Shown: positions 20,073 to 30,183 of the stretch, one piece after another | How positions within the stretch are numbered: position 1 is the stretch's first letter | Layout: each line of letters starts with the position of its first letter | DNA from: an uncultured Verrucomicrobiae bacterium | GTDB lineage: Bacteria; Verrucomicrobiota; Verrucomicrobiia; Chthoniobacterales; JAFAMB01 | Direction of reading: 5' to 3' | Assembly: GCA_963837955.1 (NCBI GenBank) | Contig: CAWIPH010000002.1 | Location: 3,744,001 to 3,808,000, forward strand | Length of the DNA: 64,000 bases | Position numbers and translations under genes: made by a program | Notes under the pieces: generated by a model | Databases searched by the model: none | Told to the model about the DNA's origin: nothing | The model's input: only the letters and a program-made list of their open reading frames with translations

Positions 20073-21084
20073 CGGTCGGAGGAACGCAGCCGTCCGTTTT
20101 TACCTCTGTCTTCTCGGTTCTTTTTTTCTAGCTCTGGGGAAAACGGATGGAGCTGATCTACCAAAAATACGGTTTGTCACTCATTGGTATGCGCAACCCG
20201 AAGACGGCGGGTTCTACACCGCTGCTCTCCGTGGCTATTGGCGGGAGGAAGGTATTGAGGTCGAAATTGTTCAAGGCGGTCCGAATTCCGAAATCGAAAA
20301 GCACGTCAGCGTCGAGCCGAATACGCTTGGTATCGCCCGAGGAGAGCAAGTCTTGGTTGCAGTCGCACACGGTTTGCCGCTGACCGCGATTGAAAATTTT
20401 TTCCAGCACGATCCTCAAGGAATCATGGTGCGCGCGGACTCGCCGGTCCATTCTTTCGCGGACCTCAACGGCAAAACGATTGCGGTAACGCCGGGAGTCA
20501 TTTTCATGCAATTCCTGGCCAAGAAATATCACTTGGACCGCGCGCGCACGGTTCCTTATGCGGGCACAGTCGCCAATTTTTTGCAGAACGCCGACTATAT
20601 TCAGCAAGCTTTCCCAACTAGTGAGCCGTTCTATGCAGCGCGGGGAGGCGTTCAGACCCGAATGCTAATGATCTACGAGAGCGGCTTCGATCCATATCGC
20701 TGCGTGGTCGCCAACGACCGGTTGCTCAGTGAGCATCCGGATTGGCTGCGGGCCTTCAATCGCGCCGCCTATCGTGGATGGATCGAATTTTTTCACGATC
20801 CGCAGCCGGCCTTAGCCGAAATCCAAAAGGAAAATCCGCTTCTTGACGCAGAAGGTATTCGCTTCGGGTTCGAGGAGCTGAAGAAATACCGCTTCATTCC
20901 AGGGTTTCCGGAAAGAGGAGAGTCATTCGGTAAAGTGGACGCCCAGAGATGGGACGCTTTGGGAAAGCAACTGGTAGAGATGGGGCTGATCTCGGAACTG
21001 CCGGATCTGTCGAAGGTATATACCGATCGTTTCACGCCGGATCGGGTCGGGATCGCCGAAGACCAATATCGGAGCGTCTTTTGA
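20056..21084 (+). CDS. NMT1/THI5-like ABC substrate-binding protein
   Basis: Signal peptide; HWYAQPEDGGFYTA..GYW..GIEVEIVQGGP; FQHDPQGI. Confidence 0.88.
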   Translation: MSRSTDGRRNAAVRFYLCLLGSFFLALGKTDGADLPKIRFVTHWYAQPEDGGFYTAALRGYWREEGIEVEIVQGGPNSEIEKHVSVEPNTLGIARGEQVLVAVAHGLPLTAIENFFQHDPQGIMVRADSPVHSFADLNGKTIAVTPGVIFMQFLAKKYHLDRARTVPYAGTVANFLQNADYIQQAFPTSEPFYAARGGVQTRMLMIYESGFDPYRCVVANDRLLSEHPDWLRAFNRAAYRGWIEFFHDPQPALAEIQKENPLLDAEGIRFGFEELKKYRFIPGFPERGESFGKVDAQRWDALGKQLVEMGLISELPDLSKVYTDRFTPDRVGIAEDQYRSVF

Positions 21085-22448
21085 GGGTCTCATCTAGTCC
21101 CGAGACTCTGATAGTCAGGAATATCGGATTTCTGGTTACGATGGATCCGAGCCGATCGATCCTGCGGAACGGATATGTCGTCGCGCGGGATGGATGGATT
21201 ACCGATTTGGGAACCGGCGATCCCGCGTTCCCGCCCGGCGCCAGGATCGTGGATGCGAAGGGCGGGATCGTGCTGCCGGGTTTGATCAATACGCATCATC
21301 ACATGCTCCAATCGCTGGTGCGAGCGTATCCGCCCGGATCCGATCAGCCTTTATACGGATGGCTGAAACACCTGGCTCCGTTGTGGTGGCAAGCCACACC
21401 GGAACACCTCTTTTGGGCTGCTCAGGTGGCGATGGCCGAGCTGATGCTTTCCGGCTGCACTCTGACCGTCGATCATCATTATGTTTTTACCGGTGGAAAC
21501 TTGGATTGGATGGATCGCCTGTTCGAATCTGCAACGCTCCTCGGAATCCGTCTGCACGCTGCTCGCGGTGCGATGGATACCGGCTCCGAGATTTACGCGG
21601 ATTGGGCCATCCAGCCTATCGGTGAGATTCTAAACGATTTCGACCGCGTCGCTGCTATCTACGACGATCCTGCCGCCGGAAGTTTCAGACGCGTGGCGCT
21701 CGCTCCCACCGCCATTCTTTCGGCATCGAGTCACCTCTATCGAGAAGCGGCTCGATACGCCGAAGCCCACCACTTACGGTTGCACACGCACTGCGGCGAG
21801 ACTCCAGCGGAGATCGAACGGACCAAAGCATTGTTCGGGTTGCGACCGATCGAAGTCTTATTTGAGGCGGGTTGGGAAACAGACCGCGTCTGGGTTGCTC
21901 ACGGTATCCACTTTAGTGATCCCGAGATAACACGGATCGGATCAGCCGGGATCGGTATCGCTCATTGCCCCTGCTCGAATATGCGCTTGGGTTCTGGAAT
22001 CTGCCCAGTCGACAAGCTTTTCGCAGCTGGAGCTCGAGTTAGCTTGGGGGTCGACGGAAGCGCCTCCAACGATTCCGGGCACCTTCTGGCTGAGGCTCGC
22101 CAGGCGCTTTTGTTAGCGAGGGTAGCTCGGGGCGCTGGCGCCATGAAGGTGCAAAAAGCGCTGGAATTAGCTACGATCGAGGGGGCGGCCTGTTTAGGGC
22201 GGTCGGCCGATCTTGGAACCATCGAAAAAGGAAAGTGCGCCGACCTGGCTATCTTCCCGGAGGTTGATCTTTTCAGTTCCGGCGCCGTGGATCCGATTCA
22301 AGGGCTCGTTCTATGCTTCCCTCGCAAAGTCGAGACACTGATCATCCATGGCAAGGTTCGAGTGGACGCCGGACAAATCGTGGGATTCGACCTCGAATCG
22401 GTTCTGGAGAAACAGCGAGCAATTGCAGCAAAATTTGTTGATGGGTAG
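21081..22448 (+). CDS. Amidohydrolase, 8-oxoguanine deaminase/AtzB-like
   Basis: PGLINTHHHMLQSL, ELMLSGCT..DHHY, LHTHCGE, WVAHGIH, AHCPCSNMRLGSG, LGVDGSASND. Confidence 0.9.
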   Translation: MRVSSSPETLIVRNIGFLVTMDPSRSILRNGYVVARDGWITDLGTGDPAFPPGARIVDAKGGIVLPGLINTHHHMLQSLVRAYPPGSDQPLYGWLKHLAPLWWQATPEHLFWAAQVAMAELMLSGCTLTVDHHYVFTGGNLDWMDRLFESATLLGIRLHAARGAMDTGSEIYADWAIQPIGEILNDFDRVAAIYDDPAAGSFRRVALAPTAILSASSHLYREAARYAEAHHLRLHTHCGETPAEIERTKALFGLRPIEVLFEAGWETDRVWVAHGIHFSDPEITRIGSAGIGIAHCPCSNMRLGSGICPVDKLFAAGARVSLGVDGSASNDSGHLLAEARQALLLARVARGAGAMKVQKALELATIEGAACLGRSADLGTIEKGKCADLAIFPEVDLFSSGAVDPIQGLVLCFPRKVETLIIHGKVRVDAGQIVGFDLESVLEKQRAIAAKFVDG

Positions 22449-22588
22449 GGCGAAAGCCTGATTCGGCGCAACGCCGAATCGGCTTGAGCCGTGCATGTTT
22501 AAATCGCTCGTTCGCCAGTGGATTGAGGGCCGTATCGCACGCGGCTCAAGCCGGTACGGCTGATACCGCCCCAGGCTTTCGCCCTACC
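22444..22588. repeat. REP doublet with 17-bp perfect inverted ends (GGTAGGGCGAAAGCCTG)
   Basis: ggtagggcgaaagcctg ... caggctttcgccctacc; overlaps the upstream TAG stop. Confidence 0.75.
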
Positions 22589-22601
22589 GCCGCACGCGTC
22601 G

Positions 22602-23132
22602 TCAGTCGAGATTATACCACTTGCGCAGTTCTTTCTTTTTTTGTGACGAATAGGAAACGGCTTGATCGAGAACCGATACCTGATTGTTCAGATCGGTAAT
22701 CGTGACCCGAAAAATTCGGGAGCTGGTGGCATCGTTATAAAGCCAGGGGATCGCGGCCGCGTTCGGTTCAATCGCGCCGCTAAAGCCGCTCCATTGGCCA
22801 GCGTTGACCTGGGGAGCTTGGTCGGCAATATAGGAAATTGAATTCCCGTCAGTAACATCTTCCACCCGAACACTTCGGAGCTCCACCGGCTGTTTGACGC
22901 GCACAGCAAAACTCCAACGTAGATAATGTTGGCCATCCAGAATGATGGCTCCCAACTCCGCGGTCGTGACCGCGTACCGATCGTTCTGAGCCGGAGCAAA
23001 TTTTCCTCCAGCTCGATTTGATGGGACCGTGCTGCCACCGGCAACCGGTCCTTGTACGCTACTCGACTCCGATCCACAACTCGCCAGAAACGTCAGTCCC
23101 ACTCCGATTGCGACTCGCACCATGTGCTTCAT
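22602..23132 (-). CDS. Hypothetical lipoprotein
   Basis: Signal peptide ending in lipobox LASC. Confidence 0.7.
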   Translation of the reverse strand: MKHMVRVAIGVGLTFLASCGSESSSVQGPVAGGSTVPSNRAGGKFAPAQNDRYAVTTAELGAIILDGQHYLRWSFAVRVKQPVELRSVRVEDVTDGNSISYIADQAPQVNAGQWSGFSGAIEPNAAAIPWLYNDATSSRIFRVTITDLNNQVSVLDQAVSYSSQKKKELRKWYNLD

Positions 23133-23161
23133 CAGCCTTTGCTTCCTTGCTTCTTAGATAG

Positions 23162-23956
23162 TTACGAGGTCTTTGCGGTTCCAAAAATCTCCTGGAAAAA
23201 CAATTGCATTTGGTTCCAGGCCCGTTGAGCGACAGCGGCGTTATAGCTGATTCCTTCTAAATGGAATTTATCCGCATCCGGGTTCATGAAGCCGTGCATC
23301 GCACCGGAATAAGCAAGGAACTGAAAATCAATTTTCCCTTGATCAAGCGACTTAATGAATGCGAGCCGCTGATCCAAGTCGACGTGGGGGTCAAGCTCAC
23401 CCTGTAGGACTAAGAATTTCGCGTGTGTCTTCGCGGCAGCATCGGCCGGAAGCGGCACCAACGCTCCGTGAAAACTGACGATCCCTTTAAGTGGCGCCCC
23501 GCTGTAAGCTAACACCTGGCAGGCCGCGCCACCGAAACAGAAACCGATGGCGGCGAGCTTAGACTCGTCAACTAACCCCGAACCGGTGAGCTGATCCAAA
23601 GCCGCCTTCGCTCGTTCCACCATGAGAGGTTTCCCATAAAAAGGAGTGGAGAGCTCCTTCGCTTTATCCGGATCAGTCGTTGATTGACCGTCTCCGTACA
23701 TGTCCGCCGCAAAAGCGACGTACCCAAGCTTGGCCAAGGCTTCAGCTCGGCCTCGTACAAAATCGTTCAAACCCCACCATTCCGGTACCACCAGGACACC
23801 GGGCAATTTCTTTCCTTCGGTTTGAGCGTCGTCATAGGCCAAATAACCGAGTAGATGAGCGCCTCCCTGATCGTAAGCGACCGTCTTTGTTACAATCTTC
23901 GCCTGAGCGCCGACCAAGCAAGCCAACAGCGAGAGCCCGAGAAAGGCAGATTTCAT
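23162..23956 (-). CDS. Dienelactone hydrolase family protein (secreted)
   Basis: PGVLVVPEWWGLN, GYVAFAADMYG, AAIGFCFGG nucleophile, SFHG, YSGAMHGF. Confidence 0.93.
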   Translation of the reverse strand: MKSAFLGLSLLACLVGAQAKIVTKTVAYDQGGAHLLGYLAYDDAQTEGKKLPGVLVVPEWWGLNDFVRGRAEALAKLGYVAFAADMYGDGQSTTDPDKAKELSTPFYGKPLMVERAKAALDQLTGSGLVDESKLAAIGFCFGGAACQVLAYSGAPLKGIVSFHGALVPLPADAAAKTHAKFLVLQGELDPHVDLDQRLAFIKSLDQGKIDFQFLAYSGAMHGFMNPDADKFHLEGISYNAAVAQRAWNQMQLFFQEIFGTAKTS

Positions 23957-24120
23957 AGGTGCCGCCTAATCAGGGTTAGCTTCGCCGTCAAGGTAGTTTT
24001 TGCGCCGCCCGCTTTAACTGACCCGGAATCCGGACGAGGATCCTCAGGCAAAGCCGGTGGACCCTTCGTCCTCGAAATCCGTAGCGGGTAGGGCTCCCGA
24101 CTACGCCGCGCTGTTACTGA

Positions 24121-24807
24121 TTAAGAGCTAACCAAACTGGAGGCCAGATTGATGGCCAGCGCCAGGATGACAGTATTGAACAAAAACGAGAGCATCGCGT
24201 GCAAGAGCGAAAGGCGCCTTATCAGTTTCGAGGTAATAGAGACATCCGACACCTGGAAGGTCATCCCGATCACGAACGAGAAATAGGCGAAATCAAGAAA
24301 ATCAGGTTCGTCGTCTTCGTCACCCGGAAAATTCACGCCCGCGCCATGCTTACCGCCCTCGTCAGGATCCACGCTCCGGTAATAAGCATGGGTGTAGTGC
24401 ATCGTAAACATGGTGTGAATCAGAAACCAGGAACAGACGACGGTGAGAGCTGCCAAACCGACATGTTCGGCCAGCCGCGTACCGGCCGTCCCTTTCGCGG
24501 TTCCTAGTAAGAACGCGACGGCGAAAAGGCTGGCGCAAGCACCGACCAGGACGAGGCTCAATATCACCGCTCGTCCCGTGTCCTGGAGCTTTGCCGTTAA
24601 AACTGCGCACTTGGCATCCGCGAAAACAATCCGGAGCCAGGCAAGCAAGATCGCGGTAATGGCAAAGGCATTCCACGAGAGGATCAGCTGCAGAGGTAAC
24701 CGATGCAGCGTCAGGGTTAACAGGAAAACGATGACGCCAACCGCGAGTGAAATGAGTACTCTTTGATGAGCATCAAAGTTATTGAAGAAATCTTGAATCT
24801 TTGCCAT
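24121..24807 (-). CDS. DUF1345 family membrane protein
   Basis: SWFLIHTMFTMHY, FPG..EPDFLDFAYFSFVIGMTFQVSDV, LLHAMLSFLFNTVILA. Confidence 0.9.
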   Translation of the reverse strand: MAKIQDFFNNFDAHQRVLISLAVGVIVFLLTLTLHRLPLQLILSWNAFAITAILLAWLRIVFADAKCAVLTAKLQDTGRAVILSLVLVGACASLFAVAFLLGTAKGTAGTRLAEHVGLAALTVVCSWFLIHTMFTMHYTHAYYRSVDPDEGGKHGAGVNFPGDEDDEPDFLDFAYFSFVIGMTFQVSDVSITSKLIRRLSLLHAMLSFLFNTVILALAINLASSLVSS

Positions 24808-24913
24808 CAGGGGAATAGCGGGTTCAAAGAGCCGCTCGGTTGCAGATTCTTTTCCTCAAACGAAAGAGCGGCAAGTAGTAAAAAGCGAAACTGTACGATC
24901 CTGAGCTGTTGCT

Positions 24914-24951
24914 CTGTCACTGAACGACAGCGTTTGTAACAGAGTTGTCAC
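24914..24951 (+). promoter_or_regulatory. PHO-box-like direct repeats
   Basis: TTGTAAC (24934) and TTGTCAC (24945) are 11 bp apart, plus CTGTCAC at 24914, upstream of a phosphate transporter. Confidence 0.6.
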
Positions 24952-25012
24952 CTTTTAAGGTTTGCTATCCAGAGGAGATATCTTCTTTCCTCGAGGTGTC
25001 TTCCCAAACTTT

Positions 25013-26503
25013 ATGGAACTTTTCGGCGAACACCTTGCTCTGGGAACAGGAATTTTCTTGGTCTTGGCCCTCTTCATGGCTCTCAGTTTTGAGTTTGTTA
25101 ACGGCTTTCACGATACGGCCAACGCGGTCGCGACCGTTATTTATACGCACTCGCTTCGTCCGGTCGTAGCGGTTGTTTGGTCCGGATTTTGCAATTTGAT
25201 GGGAGTTCTCACCTCCAGCGGTGCGGTCGCGTTTGGGATTGTGGCGTTATTGCCCGTAGAACTCGTTCTCAATGTTGGGTCGGGGGCAGGATTTGCCATG
25301 GTGTTTGCGTTGCTCATTTCGGCAATCATTTGGAACGTAGGGACCTGGTATTTGGGCCTTCCGGCATCCAGCACCCATACGCTGGTCGGCTCAATCATGG
25401 GGGTAGGATTGGCTAATTCCATGATGTCGCCGGGTCACGTCTTCGGTGAGGGGGTCAATTGGGCAAAGGCGCAGGAAGTCTTTATTAGCTTGCTCGTGTC
25501 GCCGATTGTGGGGTTTGTTTGTTCGGCTCTGCTGCTGTTGCTCGCTAAATTCTTGATCCGCCGGCCTGAACTCTACACGCCGGCCGAGGCAGGCAAATCG
25601 CCTCCTTGGTGGATTCGGCTTGTCTTAATTTTTACTTGCACAGGTGTCAGTTTTTCTCATGGCTCGAACGACGGTCAGAAAGGCATGGGCCTGATTATGC
25701 TTATCCTGGTTGGCATTCTCCCTGCAGTCTACGCCATCAACCTGGAAGCTAGTCCCGATTCGCTGAAGAATTTGCAGGCCAGTATGCAGCCGATCAGCCA
25801 GATCGCGGAGAAATATACCAAGGAGCGCCCGGCAACTCAGGGCGAAGCAAAAGATGAGCTCTCCGCATTTCTGAAAACGACCGGGCAGGTGTCGAACAAG
25901 ACTTTTGGTGCAATCGCCGTCGAAGTTCAAAATCTGCAGTCCAAGCTGGAGGGAAAAAGCAAGCTCAGCGATGTTCCAAAAGACCAGCGGTCGGACCTGC
26001 GAACGACAATTTACCTGGTCCAATCAGCCATCAGCAAACTCGGGAAACAACATGTGGTTACCGACACCCAGGATGCCGCGGTGTTTGGCAGTTTCGCTAA
26101 AGGACTGAAAGCGACTACCGATTTCATACCGCCCTGGGTAAAAGTTGCCGTGGCAGTTGCGCTTGGCTTCGGAACGATGATCGGTTGGAAACGAATTGTC
26201 GTCACGGTAGGTGAAAAGATCGGGAAATCTCACCTGACCTATGCCCAGGGTGCGTCGGCTGAGTTGGTCGCTATGGCGACCATACAAGCTGCGGACGTTT
26301 TCGGTCTCCCGGTCAGCACCACCCATGTCCTTTCATCCGGTATTGCGGGAACGATGGCGGCGAACCGGTCCGGTCTGCAAATGGCGACTCTCCGCAATAT
26401 CATTTTAGCCTGGGTGCTCACGGTGCCGGTTTGTGTGCTGCTCGGCGCTGCAACGTTTTCTGCCGGACTCTTCCTGGTGTTCAACGTACTGGGCTGGAAA
26501 TGA
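25013..26503 (+). CDS. pit: Inorganic phosphate transporter (Pit family)
   Basis: FEFVNGFHDTANAVATVIYT, GLPASSTH, FSHGSNDGQKGMG, GLPVSTTHVLSSG. Confidence 0.96.
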   Translation: MELFGEHLALGTGIFLVLALFMALSFEFVNGFHDTANAVATVIYTHSLRPVVAVVWSGFCNLMGVLTSSGAVAFGIVALLPVELVLNVGSGAGFAMVFALLISAIIWNVGTWYLGLPASSTHTLVGSIMGVGLANSMMSPGHVFGEGVNWAKAQEVFISLLVSPIVGFVCSALLLLLAKFLIRRPELYTPAEAGKSPPWWIRLVLIFTCTGVSFSHGSNDGQKGMGLIMLILVGILPAVYAINLEASPDSLKNLQASMQPISQIAEKYTKERPATQGEAKDELSAFLKTTGQVSNKTFGAIAVEVQNLQSKLEGKSKLSDVPKDQRSDLRTTIYLVQSAISKLGKQHVVTDTQDAAVFGSFAKGLKATTDFIPPWVKVAVAVALGFGTMIGWKRIVVTVGEKIGKSHLTYAQGASAELVAMATIQAADVFGLPVSTTHVLSSGIAGTMAANRSGLQMATLRNIILAWVLTVPVCVLLGAATFSAGLFLVFNVLGWK

Positions 26504-26537
26504 GCACCGCCCAAAGCCGGTCGCACGCCCCAAAGCT

Positions 26538-26671
26538 GGTAGGGCGATACAGTCCGGCAGATGCGGCTCGTGATAGGACGCCGGGAAGAGCCGGACTGTG
26601 AGCCGTGCACCGCCCACAGTTTGGCTCACACGCCTCATTTCGCTGTCGCTCAAGGCGTGTTTCGCCCTACC
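26538..26671. repeat. REP doublet of the GGTAGGGCGAAA family
   Basis: ggtagggcgatac ... gtgtttcgccctacc between convergent genes; same ends as 22444-22588. Confidence 0.65.
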
Positions 26672-26704
26672 AATCAGGGATGTGCCTGACCCACAACACC
26701 CGAA

Positions 26705-27220
26705 TCACCCATTCAGCTCGTCGACGAAATATTCCAGAAGCACCTCGGTCTCGATCCGCAAAACGACTTTCAGTTCCTGGCTGGCACCAGCTGCCCGGGA
26801 CTCCTCCAGCCAATCGGTGACCCGGCCCGCGTCCCAGGTCGGATGATTCGCTATCCTTTGGCTGTTGGCAGCAGCGCGCCGATAGATTTCCGGTGAAGCC
26901 GGATGCACTCCGGCTCTAAAAAACCAATAGCGGGCGTTATCGAAGTCGTCGTCGACCCGATGAATCATTCCGTGAACGTAGGCGCCATTGGCCGAAGAGG
27001 TCTCCTGGGCGATGCGATGAGCAGATTCGATGTCACCGGCCGCCAGTAAGAGCAAACTGCGAGCATACGGTATGGCGGAAGATGGAAATCCGCCCAGCTG
27101 AGCAAGGTCGGCCGAACGAAGAAATTCGATTAGCTCTTCGTCGCGAGGGGGTTCTGCCACAGAGGTTCGCGGAAGCTTGAGCTCCAGGCCCTCTGCCTTA
27201 AGAAAATCAACGTTGGCCAT
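26705..27220 (-). CDS. Conserved hypothetical protein
   Basis: GD...AHRIAQ....GAYVHGMIHR..DDFDNARYWF.RAG.HP motif pattern; start placed at the ATG at 27220. Confidence 0.75.
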   Translation of the reverse strand: MANVDFLKAEGLELKLPRTSVAEPPRDEELIEFLRSADLAQLGGFPSSAIPYARSLLLLAAGDIESAHRIAQETSSANGAYVHGMIHRVDDDFDNARYWFFRAGVHPASPEIYRRAAANSQRIANHPTWDAGRVTDWLEESRAAGASQELKVVLRIETEVLLEYFVDELNG

Positions 27221-27414
27221 TCCATTAATGTTAACCAGGCTTAGCCAAGAGCCAAATCCGACCGAGGTCAAATAGTGGGCCGCTCCTTCCGAGGCAGCCG
27301 CTCAGATATCCGGTTGCAAAACGCTAAAAATTCTTTGCTCCGATCAACCCTTTAGGTTATTGACTCAACTCCCCTTGTCAGAGCGTTAGCGCTGCAACAA
27401 GGCACAATCCGTAT

Positions 27415-27759
27415 ATGATCTCTACTCTTTTGTTCCTAGCTCAACAGCAACCGGCGCCGGCCTCGACTGCCCAAAGCAACCCTTTGGTGACGTTTTTGCC
27501 GCTGATTTTCATGTTCGTCATTTTCTACTTTCTGTTGATCCGACCCCAGCAGAAACGGCAGAAAGAACAACGAAGTCTTCTTTCCAGTGTCAAGACCGGC
27601 GACAAGGTGATCACCAACAGTGGCATTCATGGCTTGGTCGCCAATGTCAAAGAGACGACTTTTCTGGTTAAGATTGCTGACAATGTGAAGGTAGAGATCG
27701 AAAAAAGCGCGATCGCCACGGTATCTAAATCGGCCGAGGAACCTAAAGCGACTCCCTAA
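27415..27759 (+). CDS. yajC: Preprotein translocase subunit YajC
   Basis: FYFLLIRPQQKRQKE, KTGDKVITNSGIHG; upstream of secDF. Confidence 0.96.
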   Translation: MISTLLFLAQQQPAPASTAQSNPLVTFLPLIFMFVIFYFLLIRPQQKRQKEQRSLLSSVKTGDKVITNSGIHGLVANVKETTFLVKIADNVKVEIEKSAIATVSKSAEEPKATP

Positions 27760-27786
27760 ATAGCGGTTCTTAACGGCTCTTCCTGC

Positions 27787-30126
27787 ATGACTCCGGCGCT
27801 GACATTCGTTTTCGGATTGGTCCTGCTCGTCCTTTTTGGGCTCTATTTCCTCGTTGAAAACGAACGGACCAAACGGTGGATCGGCACTGGCCTCACCGTC
27901 TTGCTCTGCGCGTTTTGCATCGACGCATTTCTTCCGCTGGAGAAGAAGATCCATCTGGGTCTGGATTTACAGGGTGGCAGCTCGTTTCTCGTGCGTCTGG
28001 TGCCGCCAACCGATGAAAACGGTCAGACGCGAAAAATTACGCCCGAGATGCAGGATCAGGCGGTGGAGGTCATTCGCAAGCGCGTTGACCAGTTTGGTGT
28101 AAGCGAGCCTGTCATCACCAAACAAGGCACGGATCGGATTCTTGTGCAGATCCCCGGTCTTGATACTGCGCAAATCGAGAACGCGCGCCAGCAATTGCAG
28201 CGTGTCGCTAAGCTTGAGTTTCGACTGGTTCATCCGCAATCCGACGAACTAGTCCCGCAGATTGAAGCCGGCACTCACTTTACCCCACCCGGATATGTGA
28301 TCCTCAATGGCGTCGAGAGGAACGGAAAAAGAGAGAGACTCCTAGTAAAACGCCGCCCCGAGCTCACCGGTGACCAAGTGACCAGAGCGAATGCCACGTT
28401 CGAACAACGGGGCTACGAAGTCGCCTTAAGTTTTAACTCGGAAGGTGGGAAAATTTTTCAGCGGGTCACCCGGGATAATATCAATCAGCGGCTAGCGATC
28501 GTTCTCGACGGAGAAATTATCTCCGCTCCGGTCATTCAAACCGAGATCTCCAATAATGCGGCGGTGATCACTGGAAACTTTACGGCTGATGAAGCAAAAA
28601 ACCTGGCCAGTGCACTGCAGAATCCTCTCCAGACCCCGGTAGCAATTGACGAGACTCGGAGTGTTTCCGCAACCCTCGGTAAGGATTCCATCGTGCGAGG
28701 TCTTGCTGCCGGTTTAGCCGGCTTGGCTGCAACACTAGTCTTTGTCATCATTTATTATCGGACCGCCGGCGTTGTGGCTCTAACCGGGCTAGCGGTCAAC
28801 GGCGTGTTGCTGTTCGGCATCATGTCTCTGTTTAACTTCGTTCTAACGCTTCCTGGGATCGCAGGTATTATTCTCACTATCGGCATGGCGATCGACGCCA
28901 ACGTGCTGATATATGAACGGTTGCGGGAAGAGCTCGGCGCCGGCAAAAGCCTCAAAACGTCGATCGAAACCGCCTACCACAAGGCCTTCAGTGCGATCGT
29001 CGATGCGAACCTCACAACGCTGCTTAAGGTCGTCATTCTTTTTTGGCTTGGTTCAGGACCTGTTAAAGGTTTCGCAATCACCCTGACGATCGGCATCATC
29101 GCCTCGATGTTTTCGGCGCTGTTGGTCACCCGGAACATTTTCGGTTGGTTGCTTCACTTGGGATGGTTGAAACGGATCTCGATGCTCCACCTAATCAAGT
29201 CCAAACACTTTGACTTCTTGGGCAAGTGGAAGCTTTCGTTGATCGCATCGATCTTGCTGCTGCTAGTTTCGTTCGCGGCCTTCGGCTTCCGAGGAAGCAA
29301 GATGTTCAATATCGACTTCACCGGAGGCGACTCGTTGCTCCTCAGATCGAATCAACCAGTGGCCGAAGTACAGGTTCGCGCTCCGTTGGAGAAGATCGGA
29401 CTTGGTAACGTGGTGATCCAACAAGAATCCGCGCAGCGAAACCAAGAAACGATTCACTACATCGCCATCCGAGCGCCTTACGGCGATGGGCAAAAGATTC
29501 TAAACCAGCTTAAGCAATCACCCGAAACTGCTGGCCTGATCCTCGAAAACTCGGAAACCGTGGGCGCGATAATGGGAGCGCAACTGGCCACAACTTCCTT
29601 GTTCGCGCTAGGCATCGCGGTCCTGGGAGTCATGGTCTACGTGGCTATTCGCTTCGAGTTTTCCTTCTCCGTCGGGACGATCCTGGCGATGTTTCACGAC
29701 CTCATCATCACGCTTGGGGTCTTTGTGCTGACCGGTCGCGCGTTCTCGCTGGTCACCATCGGCGCCATCCTGACCGTTGCCGGCTACTCCATCAACGACA
29801 AGATCGTTGTCTTTGACCGAATCCGGGAAGGTCTCCATTCAGGGCGCCGCGGAACGATCCGCTCGCTCATGAACGACAGCATCAACGAGACACTGAGCCG
29901 GACGGTTTTGACCAGCGGAGTCACCCTGATCTGCATGTTGTCGCTCTGGATTTTCGGTGGGCCTGTGTTGGACGACTTTGCCTTTACGAATGTTGTCGGC
30001 GTCATCGTGGGCACCTATTCGTCAATTTTTATTGCCGCTCCGATCGTTCTCTGGTGGACCAACTTCCGCAAAGGCAATTTGCGAACAGAGGTGATCAAGC
30101 CGCGAGAACAACCGGCAAAAGCGTAG
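27787..30126 (+). CDS. secDF: Fused protein translocase subunit SecDF
   Basis: LGLDLQGG, TLPGIAGIILTIGMAIDANVLIYER, IDFTGG, GYSINDKIVVFDRIRE. Confidence 0.96.
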   Translation: MTPALTFVFGLVLLVLFGLYFLVENERTKRWIGTGLTVLLCAFCIDAFLPLEKKIHLGLDLQGGSSFLVRLVPPTDENGQTRKITPEMQDQAVEVIRKRVDQFGVSEPVITKQGTDRILVQIPGLDTAQIENARQQLQRVAKLEFRLVHPQSDELVPQIEAGTHFTPPGYVILNGVERNGKRERLLVKRRPELTGDQVTRANATFEQRGYEVALSFNSEGGKIFQRVTRDNINQRLAIVLDGEIISAPVIQTEISNNAAVITGNFTADEAKNLASALQNPLQTPVAIDETRSVSATLGKDSIVRGLAAGLAGLAATLVFVIIYYRTAGVVALTGLAVNGVLLFGIMSLFNFVLTLPGIAGIILTIGMAIDANVLIYERLREELGAGKSLKTSIETAYHKAFSAIVDANLTTLLKVVILFWLGSGPVKGFAITLTIGIIASMFSALLVTRNIFGWLLHLGWLKRISMLHLIKSKHFDFLGKWKLSLIASILLLLVSFAAFGFRGSKMFNIDFTGGDSLLLRSNQPVAEVQVRAPLEKIGLGNVVIQQESAQRNQETIHYIAIRAPYGDGQKILNQLKQSPETAGLILENSETVGAIMGAQLATTSLFALGIAVLGVMVYVAIRFEFSFSVGTILAMFHDLIITLGVFVLTGRAFSLVTIGAILTVAGYSINDKIVVFDRIREGLHSGRRGTIRSLMNDSINETLSRTVLTSGVTLICMLSLWIFGGPVLDDFAFTNVVGVIVGTYSSIFIAAPIVLWWTNFRKGNLRTEVIKPREQPAKA

Positions 30127-30152
30127 GTAGCCTGAGGCTCCAGCCTCAGGAA
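30127..30152 (+). repeat. Solo GTAG-REP (RAYT-cognate family)
   Basis: GTAG CCTGAGGCT cc AGCCTCAGG aa immediately after the secDF stop. Confidence 0.85.
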
Positions 30153-30183
30153 GTCTGCGCTGTTTAGTTCGAAACTGTTGAAG

